This document shows, one piece after another, positions 32,946-45,616 of a stretch of DNA of 64,000 bases. The stretch is from Hormiphora californensis (lineage: Eukaryota > Animalia > Ctenophora): NCBI GenBank assembly GCA_020137815.1, contig CM035351.1, forward strand, positions 2,356,001 to 2,420,000, written 5' to 3'. The position numbers were made by a program, and so were the translations under genes. Within the stretch, counting starts at the first letter, position 1. Each line of letters begins with the position of its first letter. The notes under the pieces were generated by a model that saw nothing but the letters and a program-made list of their open reading frames with translations, was not told where the DNA came from and searched no databases.

Positions 32946-33371
32946 CAGAGACAGAGAGAGAGAGAAAGCAAGGGAGAGAGAACGAAATGTAAAAGCCTAA
33001 TAGTGTGAAGAGAGATGCGGAAAATAAGGATAGTGAGACCAGAGAGACGAGATATTTCCGCACTCCTTGACAGCAAAAACGCTGGGTATTGCACCTGGTG
33101 TATTGCACCCCCTGCAATCAACAAATCACACGCGAGCTCACAACAAGACCTCTCTATCCTCCCCTCTCTTTCTTTTTATCTCTCTCTCTCTCACACCCCA
33201 TCCCTATTTCTCTCTATAGATTCACAATAATGATATTGCAGCATCTCGTCTCACACATGAGCACAAAACGCAAAGCACTCTGCGTGCACAGAGGACAGAG
33301 AGAGAAATCAGATAGAGAGAGAGGGGGAGAGAGGGGGAGGGAGAGAATCAGAGAGAAACAACAGAACAATC

Positions 33372-33437
<66 letters not shown>

Positions 33438-33447
33438 TGAGTGAGTT

Positions 33448-33519
<72 letters not shown>

Positions 33520-33696
33520 AGAGAGAGAGAGAGAAAGAAGGATAGTGAAATAGTGAGTGCCAGGGAGAATATTTTGTCGCAGGGGGAGAGATTGTACTAA
33601 TTGTAGAGTTTCAAAGTGAGAATAATACTGAGATAGAAGAGGGAGAGTTAGAGAAAGACAGAGATAGTGAGTGGGCCCCTCGCGTTTTCAATTAGG

Positions 33697-34447
33697 TTAA
33701 ATATGGTAAAAGTTGGACAAGAACGTCAAAGGTAGAACTGTTGCTCTACATATGGGGCATTGGGTGCTAGCAATTGCAGCTCTATGCAGACAATCCCAAC
33801 AACCAATATGACCACAGGGTGTAGTGGTTATCTGTCCCTATAGGAACTAACTCAGCACATACAATACACGTCAGACCTGACGGAGGCAGAGAAATATTCA
33901 CAGTTTCTAGCTCCTTTTTACATCCCTCTCTCTGCTTTAGAGCAGTGAGTAGCTGCAGAGCAGCGTTAGCTAAGTCCATTATCACGATCACATGAAAAGG
34001 ATGAATCTTTGGCACAGGGCCAAGGCGGCCATTCTTAATACCGAGCATGCCTTGTGATAGTTGAAATCCCTTCAAATAGGCAAGGATGGTAATGGGAGAT
34101 GATAAATGTTCCATGACCCACTTAAAGGTAGGATGGATATTGTTCAGAGTTGAGAGGAGTGACGTCAGTGTCTGTAACAACACGAATACTGCTCTGGTCC
34201 CTTTGGAAGGAGGTTGTCCTGCTGCAGTAAGAGGTACCACCTGATTACATTCCTCTCCCAGAGTCAGCACCCCTCGGCCGCTAGTAAACCCATAATACAA
34301 TGCTGTACCAAGGACGCTCTCGTTCAGTAACCCCGGGAGCCGTATGGCAGTGGGTGTCAGGAGGGCAGATACCTTGGATATCTCATCAGTATCTCTTTCC
34401 GCCGCACTGAATAGTTGGCCAACTGTCGGACGTGTGGTGGGAAACAT
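33697..34447 (-). CDS. PEX10: Peroxin 10-like RING E3 (frameshift inside the RING)
   Basis: LYYGFTSGRGVLTLGEE; CIVC, then in a shifted frame TPCGHIGCWDC...QCPICR...FYHI*. Confidence 0.75.
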
Positions 34448-35073
34448 GCAAACCTACAAACACACACACAGATCGGAGGGTACACAAAAGTAGAGGGTAG
34501 ACCCGCCGCGCTTCCCTGCTGTACTTTCCAATGAAGGGGCGGTCCGCGCGTTACTGCGGTGCGAGCCGGTCTGTGTAGTGTATTAGAAGAGTTCTGGCCA
34601 GACGGTGTACTGCAGCAGTGGTTAGAGTTGGCTATTATCCGGACGTTAGCGGTCGTGGAACATATGCCTAGAGAGGGAGAGAGAGAGGAAATGAGTAAGA
34701 GGATATGATGGTGTAAAATTAGACTGGGAAATAGAGGTTCTGTGAGAAGGAGCGGGTAGGCCCCTAACTAAGTAGAGTGGGGGATGGTTAGCAAGGGGTA
34801 AATTGGGTATGGTAAACGGGGGTGCGGAAGATGAAACTCGTAAAGAATGAGAATATAAAAGTGTGAATAACTTATTACATGTTGTTATTGCTGTTTAAGA
34901 AAGAGAATATAATTATTGCTTCTTCTCTCGCGCCATCCAATATCACACACTCACTCACACTCTTCCTTTAACCAACAAAGAAAGGAAAATAGGCCAAAAT
35001 ATTTGTTTTGATTTTTTTTCTCGCACATGTAACAGAGGGGTAGGTTATCTGATAAAATATGTACTCGCACACA

Positions 35074-36907
35074 CTACATAATTCCCGTCCTTTTTTTGTA
35101 CTCTGACAAGTTTAGGCCTCGTCTACTGGACCGGCTACTGGAATGAGGGGGCGGTGACTCGGCAGGTTTTGCGGGGGTAGTGGAATCTGACATACCGATA
35201 TCAATATCAATATCACATCCATTGTGGAGATCAAACGGATCAATAGATTTCTCTTTTGATAAACTGGGTGCAGCAGTCTCTTTCTTCTCTTCGACCTCCT
35301 CCTTATCCTGTAGTTGCTCCTGAGCTAACTTGGACAACACCTCCTTAAACTTGGAGGCATCTTCCTCTGCCTGGAATTTGGGGGTCACAACGACATTGCT
35401 TGTTTTACGTCTCATGAAGGGGTTTGGAGCGGCGCATTTTACAGAATTATACTCCTCCCTCAGCACCTCCTCTATCCGGTCCGTTGTCCTTGCCCTATTC
35501 TTGTCATTGATGTAACTGATAGCTTTGAGATCCCTGTTCCGGTCTTTGCTCAACCTGTTTGCATCTTCCTCCAGATCATCAATAGTCCGCCTTGAGTTTC
35601 TCGACCTCAGCGAAGTCACCAATCGCCTCGGCCATCTGTTTCTGTGAAAGGAGATCTGTTTTACGGGTAGCAAAGTTCAGTGGATTCTTCCTGAATTTCT
35701 GTTTTTCTTCACAATCTGGTCGATTTCCTGCTCCGTAAATTCGTGTTCCATCGTCTCCTTGATGCTCTTCATCTTCTTATCAACAAACTTGGTGGTAGGG
35801 AGTTTCAGGTTGTTAGCGTCCATTGTGGTCTTCCATTTTAGGAACTCAGATTCGGTGAAATCCTGGTTTGACACAAACTCCAGCCGATACATACTCTCCT
35901 GGAGACCGTGCCGGACCTTGAGGCCCTTGTTGGTTTTAGCCTTGCCCAGCGTATACACCTTGGGTGTATCTACCACATCAAAAATCTCAGCAACCCGATA
36001 AATTTTCTTGCCCATTTTGTCACCGATTCCTATCCTGATGTAGCACCCACAGCAGATGTTCTTGAAGAATGGGAAGTGTACCCACCTCTCCAACTTGAAT
36101 CTGGAGAGCCTGATCTTAGAAGAGCTTGTTCCTTGGTGGTGATGTATCTGAATGATCTCAGGACTGGGTGCCCGGCCGGTCCCCTTTTCTCCGTCTGATT
36201 CCGCGTCAGAGGAAGATGAAGGACAAAGATTTCTCGTCATCTTCCTCATCATCACTGTAAACGTCCTTAGTTTTCAGTAACACCCTATCTGGAGAACTCT
36301 CATAGTTCCTAATTTTGGCTTTATGAGCCTCCCTCTTAGCCCGTAACTCATCGATTGCCTTTCCCTTTCCCTTATCATCAGCCTGCTTTCTGGCCCGTTG
36401 TGACCGCATTGGTTTTGAATCGTGATCTTGTCTCTTTCGCTCAGCCTCCTGTTTAGCCGCTTCCTCTTTCTTCTTTTGCAGCTTCAACTTTCTCTGAATC
36501 TCTTGCCTTGTTTTCATGCTCTCTCGCTTTTCCAGCCGGTCAAACAGGACCCTCTCCCGCTCAGCCTCTGTCATACTGGCCAACTTCTTCCTATCCTCAG
36601 CATCTCCCATACAGTTCTCATCAAGACCATCATCGAAACCATCCGAATCATCACTTAGCGAGGCGTTATCTGATTCTGACAACTCTCCCTCCTCTGACTC
36701 TGTTCCTCCGCTCTCCTGAGACTTCTTATCGTCCCGTTTCAGAGCCTTTTTAGGGGGACCCTTCTTGGTTTCTCCTTTCAAAGTCCACTCCTCGCCCTCT
36801 TCACTCGATTCTGATAAACTGTCTGAAGAGTTTTTACTTCTACCGGGCTGTTCATCTTCACTGGCATCGCTATCGGTTACAAACTTTCGCCTCTTTCGAG
36901 TCATCAC
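35074..36907 (-). CDS. RTF1: PAF1-complex subunit RTF1 (Plus-3 domain), intronless, split by frameshifts
   Basis: DGFDDGLDENCMGDAEDRKKLASMTEAERERVLFDR; IRLSRFKLERW; YRLEFVSNQDFTESEF; ISYINDKNR; DPFDLHN; LNLSEYKKRTGIM. Confidence 0.93.
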
Positions 36908-36967
36908 TACCTGAGAGGCTGATAGTTATATGTAAACTCACAAATCGTGGGGAAAAGGGGAATTATA

Positions 36968-37582
36968 TCATACTATTATTAAAGCAAATAGGGAAATCCC
37001 ATGTCCCGTTTTTTTAACCAAATATGGCACAAAATTCCTGGAAATGGCCTTTTGCACGTGTTGTCCCTAGAGGGACCCTGGCAACCTGCCAGCTTGAGCC
37101 TTAAACTGCACGTGCATCCTTGATTCATCTTTCTGCCGGTTGTGTGATTGATCGTTTGCTCGATTTGATCTGTTCACCACGTTTCGTGAACATGACTACT
37201 GAACTTCAACACAATCGCCAGCGAGTTTGGAGGAGCCATATCTCCCAAACTGGCGCTGACGCCTATAGACTACGTGATAGAATCCTACAAAAGAGGTGAT
37301 TATTATTCAAAAAAAGTTGTCAACACACGTAATAACAAAGTATCAATGGCATTAATAAGAAATGATAGTAATACGTGAAAGTATTTTGCCAATGTACTCC
37401 TTCATAAAATACTTCAGGACCTGGCAAAAGAGGACCCGTGGTTTTTTGTTGAAAGAATCCCTGTGGTTAATTTACCTGATAAATTTACTGATTTTAAAAA
37501 TTTCAAATGATACTACACTATTTGCTTAGTTTACTGTATGACCATCCCTGATATTCGCCCGTAGGGCGAGCGGGCTTACTAG
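36968..37582 (+). mobile_element. Non-autonomous Helitron (~615 bp) just upstream of the RTF1 start acceptor
   Basis: A|TCATACTATTATTAAAG... 5' end; 3' hairpin tcgccc-gta-gggcga followed by CTAG|T; no TSD. Confidence 0.75.
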
Positions 37583-38447
37583 TAACTTTAACCCAAAATT
37601 ATATTGTTAGGCAACTAATTTACCGCAACTTTAAAGAAAAAAGCTTTACACCAATTGCAGACAACGGCCATCATTCAAAATCCTTTGCATTGCAATTCGC
37701 AAACGCCTTCTGATTGCTCAAGCAAGGTTCTAGCTTCGGAGTTCTGTCGGGCAGAATCTGCACGGAGGCCGGTCCTATACCCCTGCTTCTACTCTGTGGC
37801 TGTATGCAAGCATTCAAAAGGAACCCGAATTTACAGGATGTACCATAGGTCAAGGACACGGAGGGCAAGGCTCTCTACTTCTGCGACCTGTCACCTGCGT
37901 CTACTTGGCTTAAGTTTACGCACAATTTATCACAAAGTCACACAATTAACATATAACTTCGTCCCGCTCTTACACCGTACACCAATAAAAGTGATACAAG
38001 GCTGAGATGTGAAATTATACAGTTCACATCAGCGGTTTCCTAAGCAGTTTAAAGTTTAAACAATACAGACAGACAATAGAGACAGTGATGCACATCCTAG
38101 TAGCATTAGATGCACAAAAACGAGGAACAAGGAAAAATAGAAAACTGAAACGAGGTAATGAACAAACAAAGCAAGCAGACAGACAAAAAACAGGCTGTAT
38201 GCAAGCCATCAATCAATCAATCAATCAATCAAAATGTACATTTAACATCCCGCTTTTTGACTAATAATAGTAAGAGTGATAAACGTCATACAAAGTTACT
38301 CGATGAGCGCCAGAGCACTCCTACCAGCCTTCTAAAGCGGTGAACCCAAAGTGGAAAAGAAAGATGATATGAGTGATAATAATAGCCCAGATATGATGAT
38401 AATAAGTAGATAATAAATTAATGTTTTTGATTAAGTAAGAAATAATT

Positions 38448-38958
38448 GGGGGGGGGGGGGCCTGCCGCAAGAATCTCATGCCTCATTGGCGATTTTCAGG
38501 GTAGCTGGGATTTTTGAGATTTTCGATTTTTGTCTAAAAAACGTGGGATTTTTGAGATTTTTGAGGCAAATTTGCGATTTTTCGGGGAAAACCCAAAAAT
38601 TTTTCTCAAAAATCTCATAGAAAGCAAAAATTTCCATTCGAAAATTTGGAATAGAAACAATCCTTGTGTTTTTCTACCAAAAATCAAAATTCTGAATAGA
38701 AATGTTCCTTGTGTTCTAGTACAAAAGTTAATGTGAAGCTAAAACATGAAATCTACCAATTTAAAATTCTAAACTGGTATTATGATTCAGTTTTAAGCTA
38801 AAAAATATGTCGAAAAACTGAGTATTGGCAGCCAAAATTGTGCCAATTTACCACAAAAATCTCAAACGTAATTGAGCAAATTTTCCCAAAAATCTCAAAA
38901 ATCTCATCGGCCGAAAAGAGGGTAGCTGAGATTTTTGCGGCAGGCCCCCCCCCCCCCC
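38448..38958. mobile_element. MITE inserted in the LINE 3'UTR
   Basis: TIRs (g)n-cctgccgcaa.aatctca / tgagatttttgcggcagg-(c)n; TSD ataatt at 38442-38447 and 38959-38964. Confidence 0.85.
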
Positions 38959-40500
38959 ATAATTATATGTATGAAAATATATGTTAAATCAATGTAATAA
39001 GTTACATAGAAAAGAGATTAATCACGAAATAAAAGAGTGGAGCGAATCACTGCTCCGTAATTCTGAAGCTCAATGCATGCAGCGGACGTATAGATGTACA
39101 CATAAATTAATGGGACAGTCCATCCTAAACACCATACGACTTTTCAAACAGGTGGGTTTTGAGTCTGGATTTGAAAGTTTCCTCGTCTGAACAGTTGCGA
39201 ATGTTAATGGGAAGTTGATTCCAGATCCTCGGGCCTGAAACTTGAAATGCACGCTGTGTGGTTTTGTACTTGGTTGAAAAATCCCTTTCCAAAAGGGTCA
39301 GATCACCGTCGTGACGTAGTGATTTTCCTTTCCTCTGACGTTTGTTTATTAGATTTTGAAGATATTGTGGTGCTTGATTGTTTAGACACTTGAAAACCAT
39401 GAGACAGATTTTAAATTCAATTCTAGCATCAACTGGAAGAAATTGTAATTGCCGCCTAAGGTCTGTAACTCCCCTCCACTGCCACCTTCCAAACACAAAG
39501 CGAGTCGCTGCGTTCTGCACTTTTTGCAATCTGGCAATGTCACATTTATCGGCACCAATTAGTAAGCCGTTACAGTAGTCCAGACGAGAGTGGATGAGCG
39601 AATGGACCAGCTGAACCTTGTGTCTTCTCTGTAGCTTGTTTCCAATTCTACGGAGGTTGACAAGGTTATAGTTACATTCCTTCACAACTTTTGAAACATG
39701 TTCTTTCATGGTAAGTTTTTCATCAAAGACAACACCCAGATTCTTGGCACTCTGGGAGGGAAAGATGGTCGCCGAGAGGGGTCCTTCCTCATCACACAAT
39801 GTTAGAGGATCTGAATAGTCCAGTGGGTTTGGACTATTATCAGTTCGAGAGGAAATGAACATCAACTCAGTTTTTGCCGGGTTTAGTTTCAGGTAACTGG
39901 ATGCCATCCATGCTTTAATTTCCAAGAAACATTTTTTGAGTTGAGACTCACATTCGTTCCAGGCATCGTTTGTGAAGCTGACATACAGCTGAGAATCGTC
40001 AGCGTAGAGGTGAATCTTGGTTTTGTGTCGTGCCGCTATAGCTTCCAAGTCCTTAGTGAACAGAATAAAAAGTAACGGACCGAGGATGGATCCCTGCGGT
40101 ACACCTATTTCGATGTTAACAGGAAGTGATTGACTTTTGCCAATTTTGACAACTGCTACCCGGTCTTTCAGATATGACTGGAACCACTCAAGAGCCACCC
40201 CTTTGATTCCATACATCTTGTCCAATCGGCTAATGAGAATGTTGTGAGGGACTGTGTCGAAAGCAGCGGATAGATCCAAGAGGAGAAGAACGGCCTTATT
40301 CCGTTTATCAGTGAGAACTAGCAGATCATTGAATATACGTAGTGTTGCTGTTTCACAGGAGTGCTTCTGTCTGTATGCCGATTGAACTGAGGCAAGAAGT
40401 CCATGGCTTTCCAGATGTTAGCTGTAATCTGTAGAGCAACGCACTTTTCAATAATCTTTGAGATAAAACTCAGATTAGAAATCGGTCGATAACTTGACAT

Positions 40501-41464
40501 GTTTTATTAGTAGAGGGGTTGTAGCACCGGGAGGTAATGAGTAAACACACACACACGCATTGAGCAAGCTCAATGTTTAGCTATTCTCCGGCTGGGTATA
40601 GGGCTGAGGTACTGGCAAGATATAGTAGGATCGCTACTGCCCACATGTCAAGTCTATTCGGATATACAAGTTTAAAAGGTTGGGGGGTCACAGGGACCGT
40701 CTTAGCTTCGCTCCCCGTTAACATTGCCTGTAACCGGGGGTCCACTAAGCTCTCATATATACTCGGCCATTACTCCCAACCACTAGTAGTGGTTTTCAGT
40801 ACCTCTTATACTGGTAATTCCGTATAGAAACAATCCTTGTGTTTTAATAGCGATCACTCCGTATATCTTGCACTGACCCAGTATTACCACACATTAATTG
40901 TGCAATTGGCACTATGGGATTTCTCCACTGCGGCCGGCACTGTGAGTAATCAGCCACTATATAAGCTACATCTTGGTTGCTAACCAGTCAATACATTAGT
41001 AGAGGGGTTGTAGCACCGGGAGGTAATGAGTAAACACACACACACGCATTGAGCAAGCTCAATGTTTAGCTATTCTCCGGCTGGGTATAGGGCTGAGGTA
41101 CTGGCAAGATATAGTAGGATCGCTACTGCCCACATGTCAAGTCTATTCGGATATACAAGTTTAAAAGGTTGGGGGGTCACAGGGACCGTCTTAGCTTCGC
41201 TCCCCGTTAACATTGCCTGTAACCGGGGGTCCACTAAGCTCTCATATATACTCGGCCATTACTCCCAACCACTAGTAGTGGTTTTCAGTACCTCTTATAC
41301 TGGTAATTCCGTATAGAAACAATCCTTGTGTTTTAATAGCGATCACTCCGTATATCTTGCACTGACCCAGTATTACCACACATTAATTGTGCAATTGGCA
41401 CTATGGGATTTCTCCACTGCGGCCGGCACTGTGAGTAATCAGCCACTATATATATATATATATA
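40501..41464. mobile_element. Head-to-tail ~1.9-mer of a 489-bp non-coding unit inserted in LINE ORF2, with (TA)n at one end
   Basis: Identical copies offset by 489 bp. Host ORF2 rejoins as LDSNS|MSSYRPISNL when the insert is removed (target AT). Confidence 0.9.
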
Positions 41465-43355
41465 TGCTGTTCGAGTCGAGTCCTTTCCCTTTGTAAACCG
41501 GTCGTATCATGGCATTTTTCAATGTAGAGGGAAACACTCCACTAGTAAGGCTACCGTTGACAATAGCCAATATTATCGGCATCAGTTCGTGGATGCATTC
41601 TCCGACCAGTTTTGATGGTAGAGGGTCAAGGTCACATTGTTTGTAGTTCATTGATCGAACAATTTTAACTAGCTCCTCACTAGATAATGCACGAAAGGAA
41701 TCGAGTTGTGGTGGGCTGGGAGTTTCGGGTCCTCTGGTGACGTCTTCTGTCCGTAGTTTCTTGATGTCCAAATATATTTTGTCCACTTTTTCCTTGAAAT
41801 ACTGAACGAATTTTTGACAGAGATCAACTGGGTCATCATGTTCCGGTAGTGTGCTCGGATTCTTCTCCTTGCCAAGCAATCCATTCGTAATTCGATATAT
41901 TACCGATTGGTCATTCCCAGCCTCTTCCAGTTTCCTCCGATAGTAGTCGTCTCTGGTTGAAGTGATGAACCGTGATGCCTCTTTCGCCTCGCGTCTGAGA
42001 TTCCTCAGAGATTCAACCAGTATCTGCGAGGGAACATCTCTCTTCAGTAACGCCTTGAAATCACGCTCGGCTTTCCTGCGTCGCCGTTTTGCCGCCTGAC
42101 AGTCACTATTAAACCAGGGAGGGCTAGGATTTTCTGGAACAACCTTATTCTCAATCGGGGCAAGTTCGTCCAAAAACTCGGACAGAAGGTCATCATAGAG
42201 TTTAATGATCTCAACCAGTTCACTAGGGAATTCTTCTGTGTCGCAGAGTGGGGATTTCAGTATGGTGCATCGAAGTTCATCCACATCCAAATTCTTGATA
42301 TCCCGTCGTTGAATGGAGATGAAGTCCTTCCGCTGAATTGGAGCCCCGATTGGAAGGTTAAACGAAACCAGTGCGTGGTCAGGAGCTGCAGGAGTCATCT
42401 CTACAGCAAGATTTGATATTGGAAGAGCATCAGGGAGATTCTTCGTGAGAACTAGATCGAGTATTCCACCTGAGACATGAGTGGCGGTGTTTACCGACTG
42501 GTGAAAGTAGTGATCATCAAGGAGTCCACAGAAGGATTTGGCAAAACTATCATGTATGTTCTGTACATGTATGTTGAAATCACCAGTTATGACGACCTCT
42601 CCCGACCTTTCAGCCAGACCATGAAGTAGTGTCTCGAACTCCTCCAAGAAAACCGAATGGGATTGGGATGGGGAGCGGTATACACCAAGTAATCGAAGCG
42701 GCATGCAGTTTGAATGAGTCAGCAATAATTCAATACATTCCATTGATGAGAAAGAGTGATTGAACTGAGTGAAATGAAAGGAGTTTTTCATGAGAATAGC
42801 TACACCACCCCCTCTAGAACCACGTGCAACACTAACTAACCTATACCCAAGCTCACTAATTTGACTCTCAATAGCACTCTCAATAGCATGTAACCAAGTT
42901 TCGGTCAAACAAACAGCATCAATATCATTGTCTATGATAGTCAGTAAAATATCATCAACCTTGTTTCTCAGAGAAAAACAGTTCAGAGTGGCCAACTTTA
43001 CCTCTACTCGTTTTTTGACCTTGTAGCTTCATATATAGCTTTGTATGCCGGACACTCAGTGCTGTTTGCCCGGTGGGAGACATCGTCCTTTGACTTTCCA
43101 TTCAGGGAACAGTTTTTTTTTTTTTTGTTTTGGGGCATTAAGCTAAGGCGTACCAAGTCTCATACCACCCGGGTATAGACGGCATAGCCTGGAACCCTCC
43201 GTACGAACTCCCTTGAAAATTCAAGGGAGAGCAGTGCACATTGGAGGGCCCTACGCTTGTCTTGTGTCTGTCTTGGTCAGTCTAGATAGTTAAAAACTGA
43301 TCATAATAATACATAGATTTCAATGATTACGCAAGCTTTATCCTATAAAGTTACA

Positions 43356-43618
43356 GGGTCTGGAACAAGGTATCGTTTTGCCTTTGAGAGTTTCTTGAGT
43401 TTAGTTTGGTCTGGAACAAGGTAACGTTTTGCCTTTGAGAGTTTCTTGAGTTTAGTTTGGTCTGGAACAAGGTAACTTTTTGCCTTTGTGAGTGTCTTGA
43501 GTTTAGTTTGGTCTGGAACAAGGTAACGTTTTGCCTTTGTGAATGTCTTGAGTTTAGTTTGGTCTGGAACAAGGTAACGTTTTGCCTTTGTGAATGTCTT
43601 GAGTTTGGGTCTGGAATC
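43356..43618. repeat. 51-bp VNTR (~5 copies) inside the composite retroposon
   Basis: ggtctggaacaaggtaacgttttgcctttg...gagtttagttt unit. Confidence 0.92.
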
Positions 43619-44043
43619 CAGATGTATACCGTGTTTTGAATAGTCAATTACATTCACAATATAAACTTTACACAATCTGTGAACAGACAATACGAACAGG
43701 TGAACTTACAGAATTTTGATGGATGATTGTTACCGTGATGTTGGTTGGTGATGGGAATGGAGATGAGAGCCGAGAGGTGTATCCTTTTCCGTTAGAGATA
43801 AAGATAAACGAGAACAATCAAACACAAATAAGGGGTAGGACAGATTGTAGCACCACTAAAGTGTAAAATGTTCTAGAAGACAATTCGGATGAGATAGATA
43901 AGAACATTTGTTAGTTGTTACACGCGATAAGCGACTTAGTGCACCAAAACACAAGGATTGTCTCTGTAGTGTGGTGTTTAGCAATGTCCGCTATATTGGG
44001 AGAGGTGGGTGGGGGAGGGCGGGTGGGGGTGGGGCGGGGGGTA

Positions 44044-45616
44044 ATATTGGACAAAAATGTAGCTGTAATTTAGTGATGAGACCAGGCCAGGCCCGAGAGA
44101 CAGTTCAGTGGTAACTGGGAGGTCATGTGTGATGGAAATGAGAACTAAAGACAGATTTGAGTTGTATTTTATTGAGGAAAACAGCCCTTTTTGGTGTCTG
44201 AGACAAGCAAAAGTGAAACGAAATGCAACATAACGAACGAGTAATGAATAGAATTCTGCTCTGTGACTTGTTAGTGCTCCTTTATAAAACACGCAATGGC
44301 AAAGTACAAAGTTTCGCAAATTTAATTTAATGCGAAATTCCAAAGTTTTGGTCGATTTCGGCCAAAATTGCTGCCCTAAACTAACAATTGGACTGTGCGT
44401 TGCCGGGGAGACTGCTCGCTGGTGACTGAGAGATCATATGTTCTCGAATATTGGTACTTGAGGCGGATTTAAGTTGCATTTTAGTGTGGGGAAGAGGGGA
44501 ATATTGGACAAAAATGTAGCTGTAATTTAGTGATGAGACCAGGCCAGGCCCGAGAGACAGTTCAGAGGTAACTGGGAGGTCATGTGTGATGGAAATGAGA
44601 ACTAAAGACAGATTTGAGTTGTATTTTATTGAGGAAAACAGCCCTTTTTGGTGTCTGAGACAAGCAAAAGTGAAACGAAATGCAACGTAACGAACGAGTA
44701 ATGAATAGAATTCTGCTCTGTGACTTGTTAGTGCTCCTTTATAAAACACGCAATGGCAAAGTACAAAGTTTCGCAAATTTAATTTAATGCGAAATTCCAA
44801 AGTTTTGGTCGATTTCGGCCAAAATTGCTGCCCTAAACTAACAATTGGACTGTGCGTTGCCGGGGAGACTGCTCGCTGGTGACTGAGAGATCATATGTTC
44901 TCGAATATTGGTACTTGAGGCGGATTTAAGTTGCATTTTAGTGTGGGGAAGAGGGGAATATTGGACAAAAATGTAGCTGTAATTTAGTGATGAGACCAGG
45001 CCAGGCCCGAGAGACAGTTCAGAGGTAACTGGGAGGTCATGTGTGATGGAAATGAGAACTAAAGACAGATTTGAGTTGTATTTTATTGAGGAAAACAGCC
45101 CTTTTTGGTGTCTGAGACAAGCAAAAGTGAAACGAAATGCAACGTAACGAACGAGTAATGAATAGAATTCTGCTCTGTGACTTGTTAGTGCTCCTTTATA
45201 AAACACGCAATGGCAAAGTACAAAGTTTCGCAAATTTAATTTAATGCGAAATTCCAAAGTTTTGGTCGATTTCGGCCAAAATTGCTGCCCTAAACTAACA
45301 ATTGGACTGTGCGTTGCCGGGGAGACTGCTCGCTGGTGACTGAGAGATCATATGTTCTCGAATATTGGTACTTGAGGCGGATTTAAGTTGCATTTTAGTG
45401 TGGGGAAGAGGGGAATATTGGACAAAAATGTAGCTGTAATTTAGTGATGAGACCAGGCCAGGCCCGAGAGACAGTTCAGAGGTAACTGGGAGGTCATGTG
45501 TGATGGAAATGAGAACTAAAGACAGATTTGAGTTGTATTTTATTGAGGAAAACAGCCCTTTTTGGTGTCTGAGACAAGCAAAAGTGAAACGAAATGCAAC
45601 GTAACGAACGAGTAAT
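44044..45616. repeat. 457-bp tandem monomers (3 full + 1 partial)
   Basis: Identical spurious ORF ends at 44381, 44838 and 45295 (period 457). Confidence 0.95.

Noticed and set aside
40511-40535. tRNA-like head GGGGTTGTAGC in the 489-bp unit (possible SINE)
   Set aside because: No B box or cloverleaf follows.
41395-41450. Hammerhead-like CUGAUUA-cuc...gaGAAA on the - strand of the 489-bp unit
   Set aside because: G8 is missing without a compensatory change, and no stem I or stem III could be formed.
44530-44660. C/D snoRNA-like boxes (GTGATGA...CTGA) in the 457-bp monomer
   Set aside because: No terminal stem or recognisable guide, and it is on the opposite strand to the element's poly(A) polarity.
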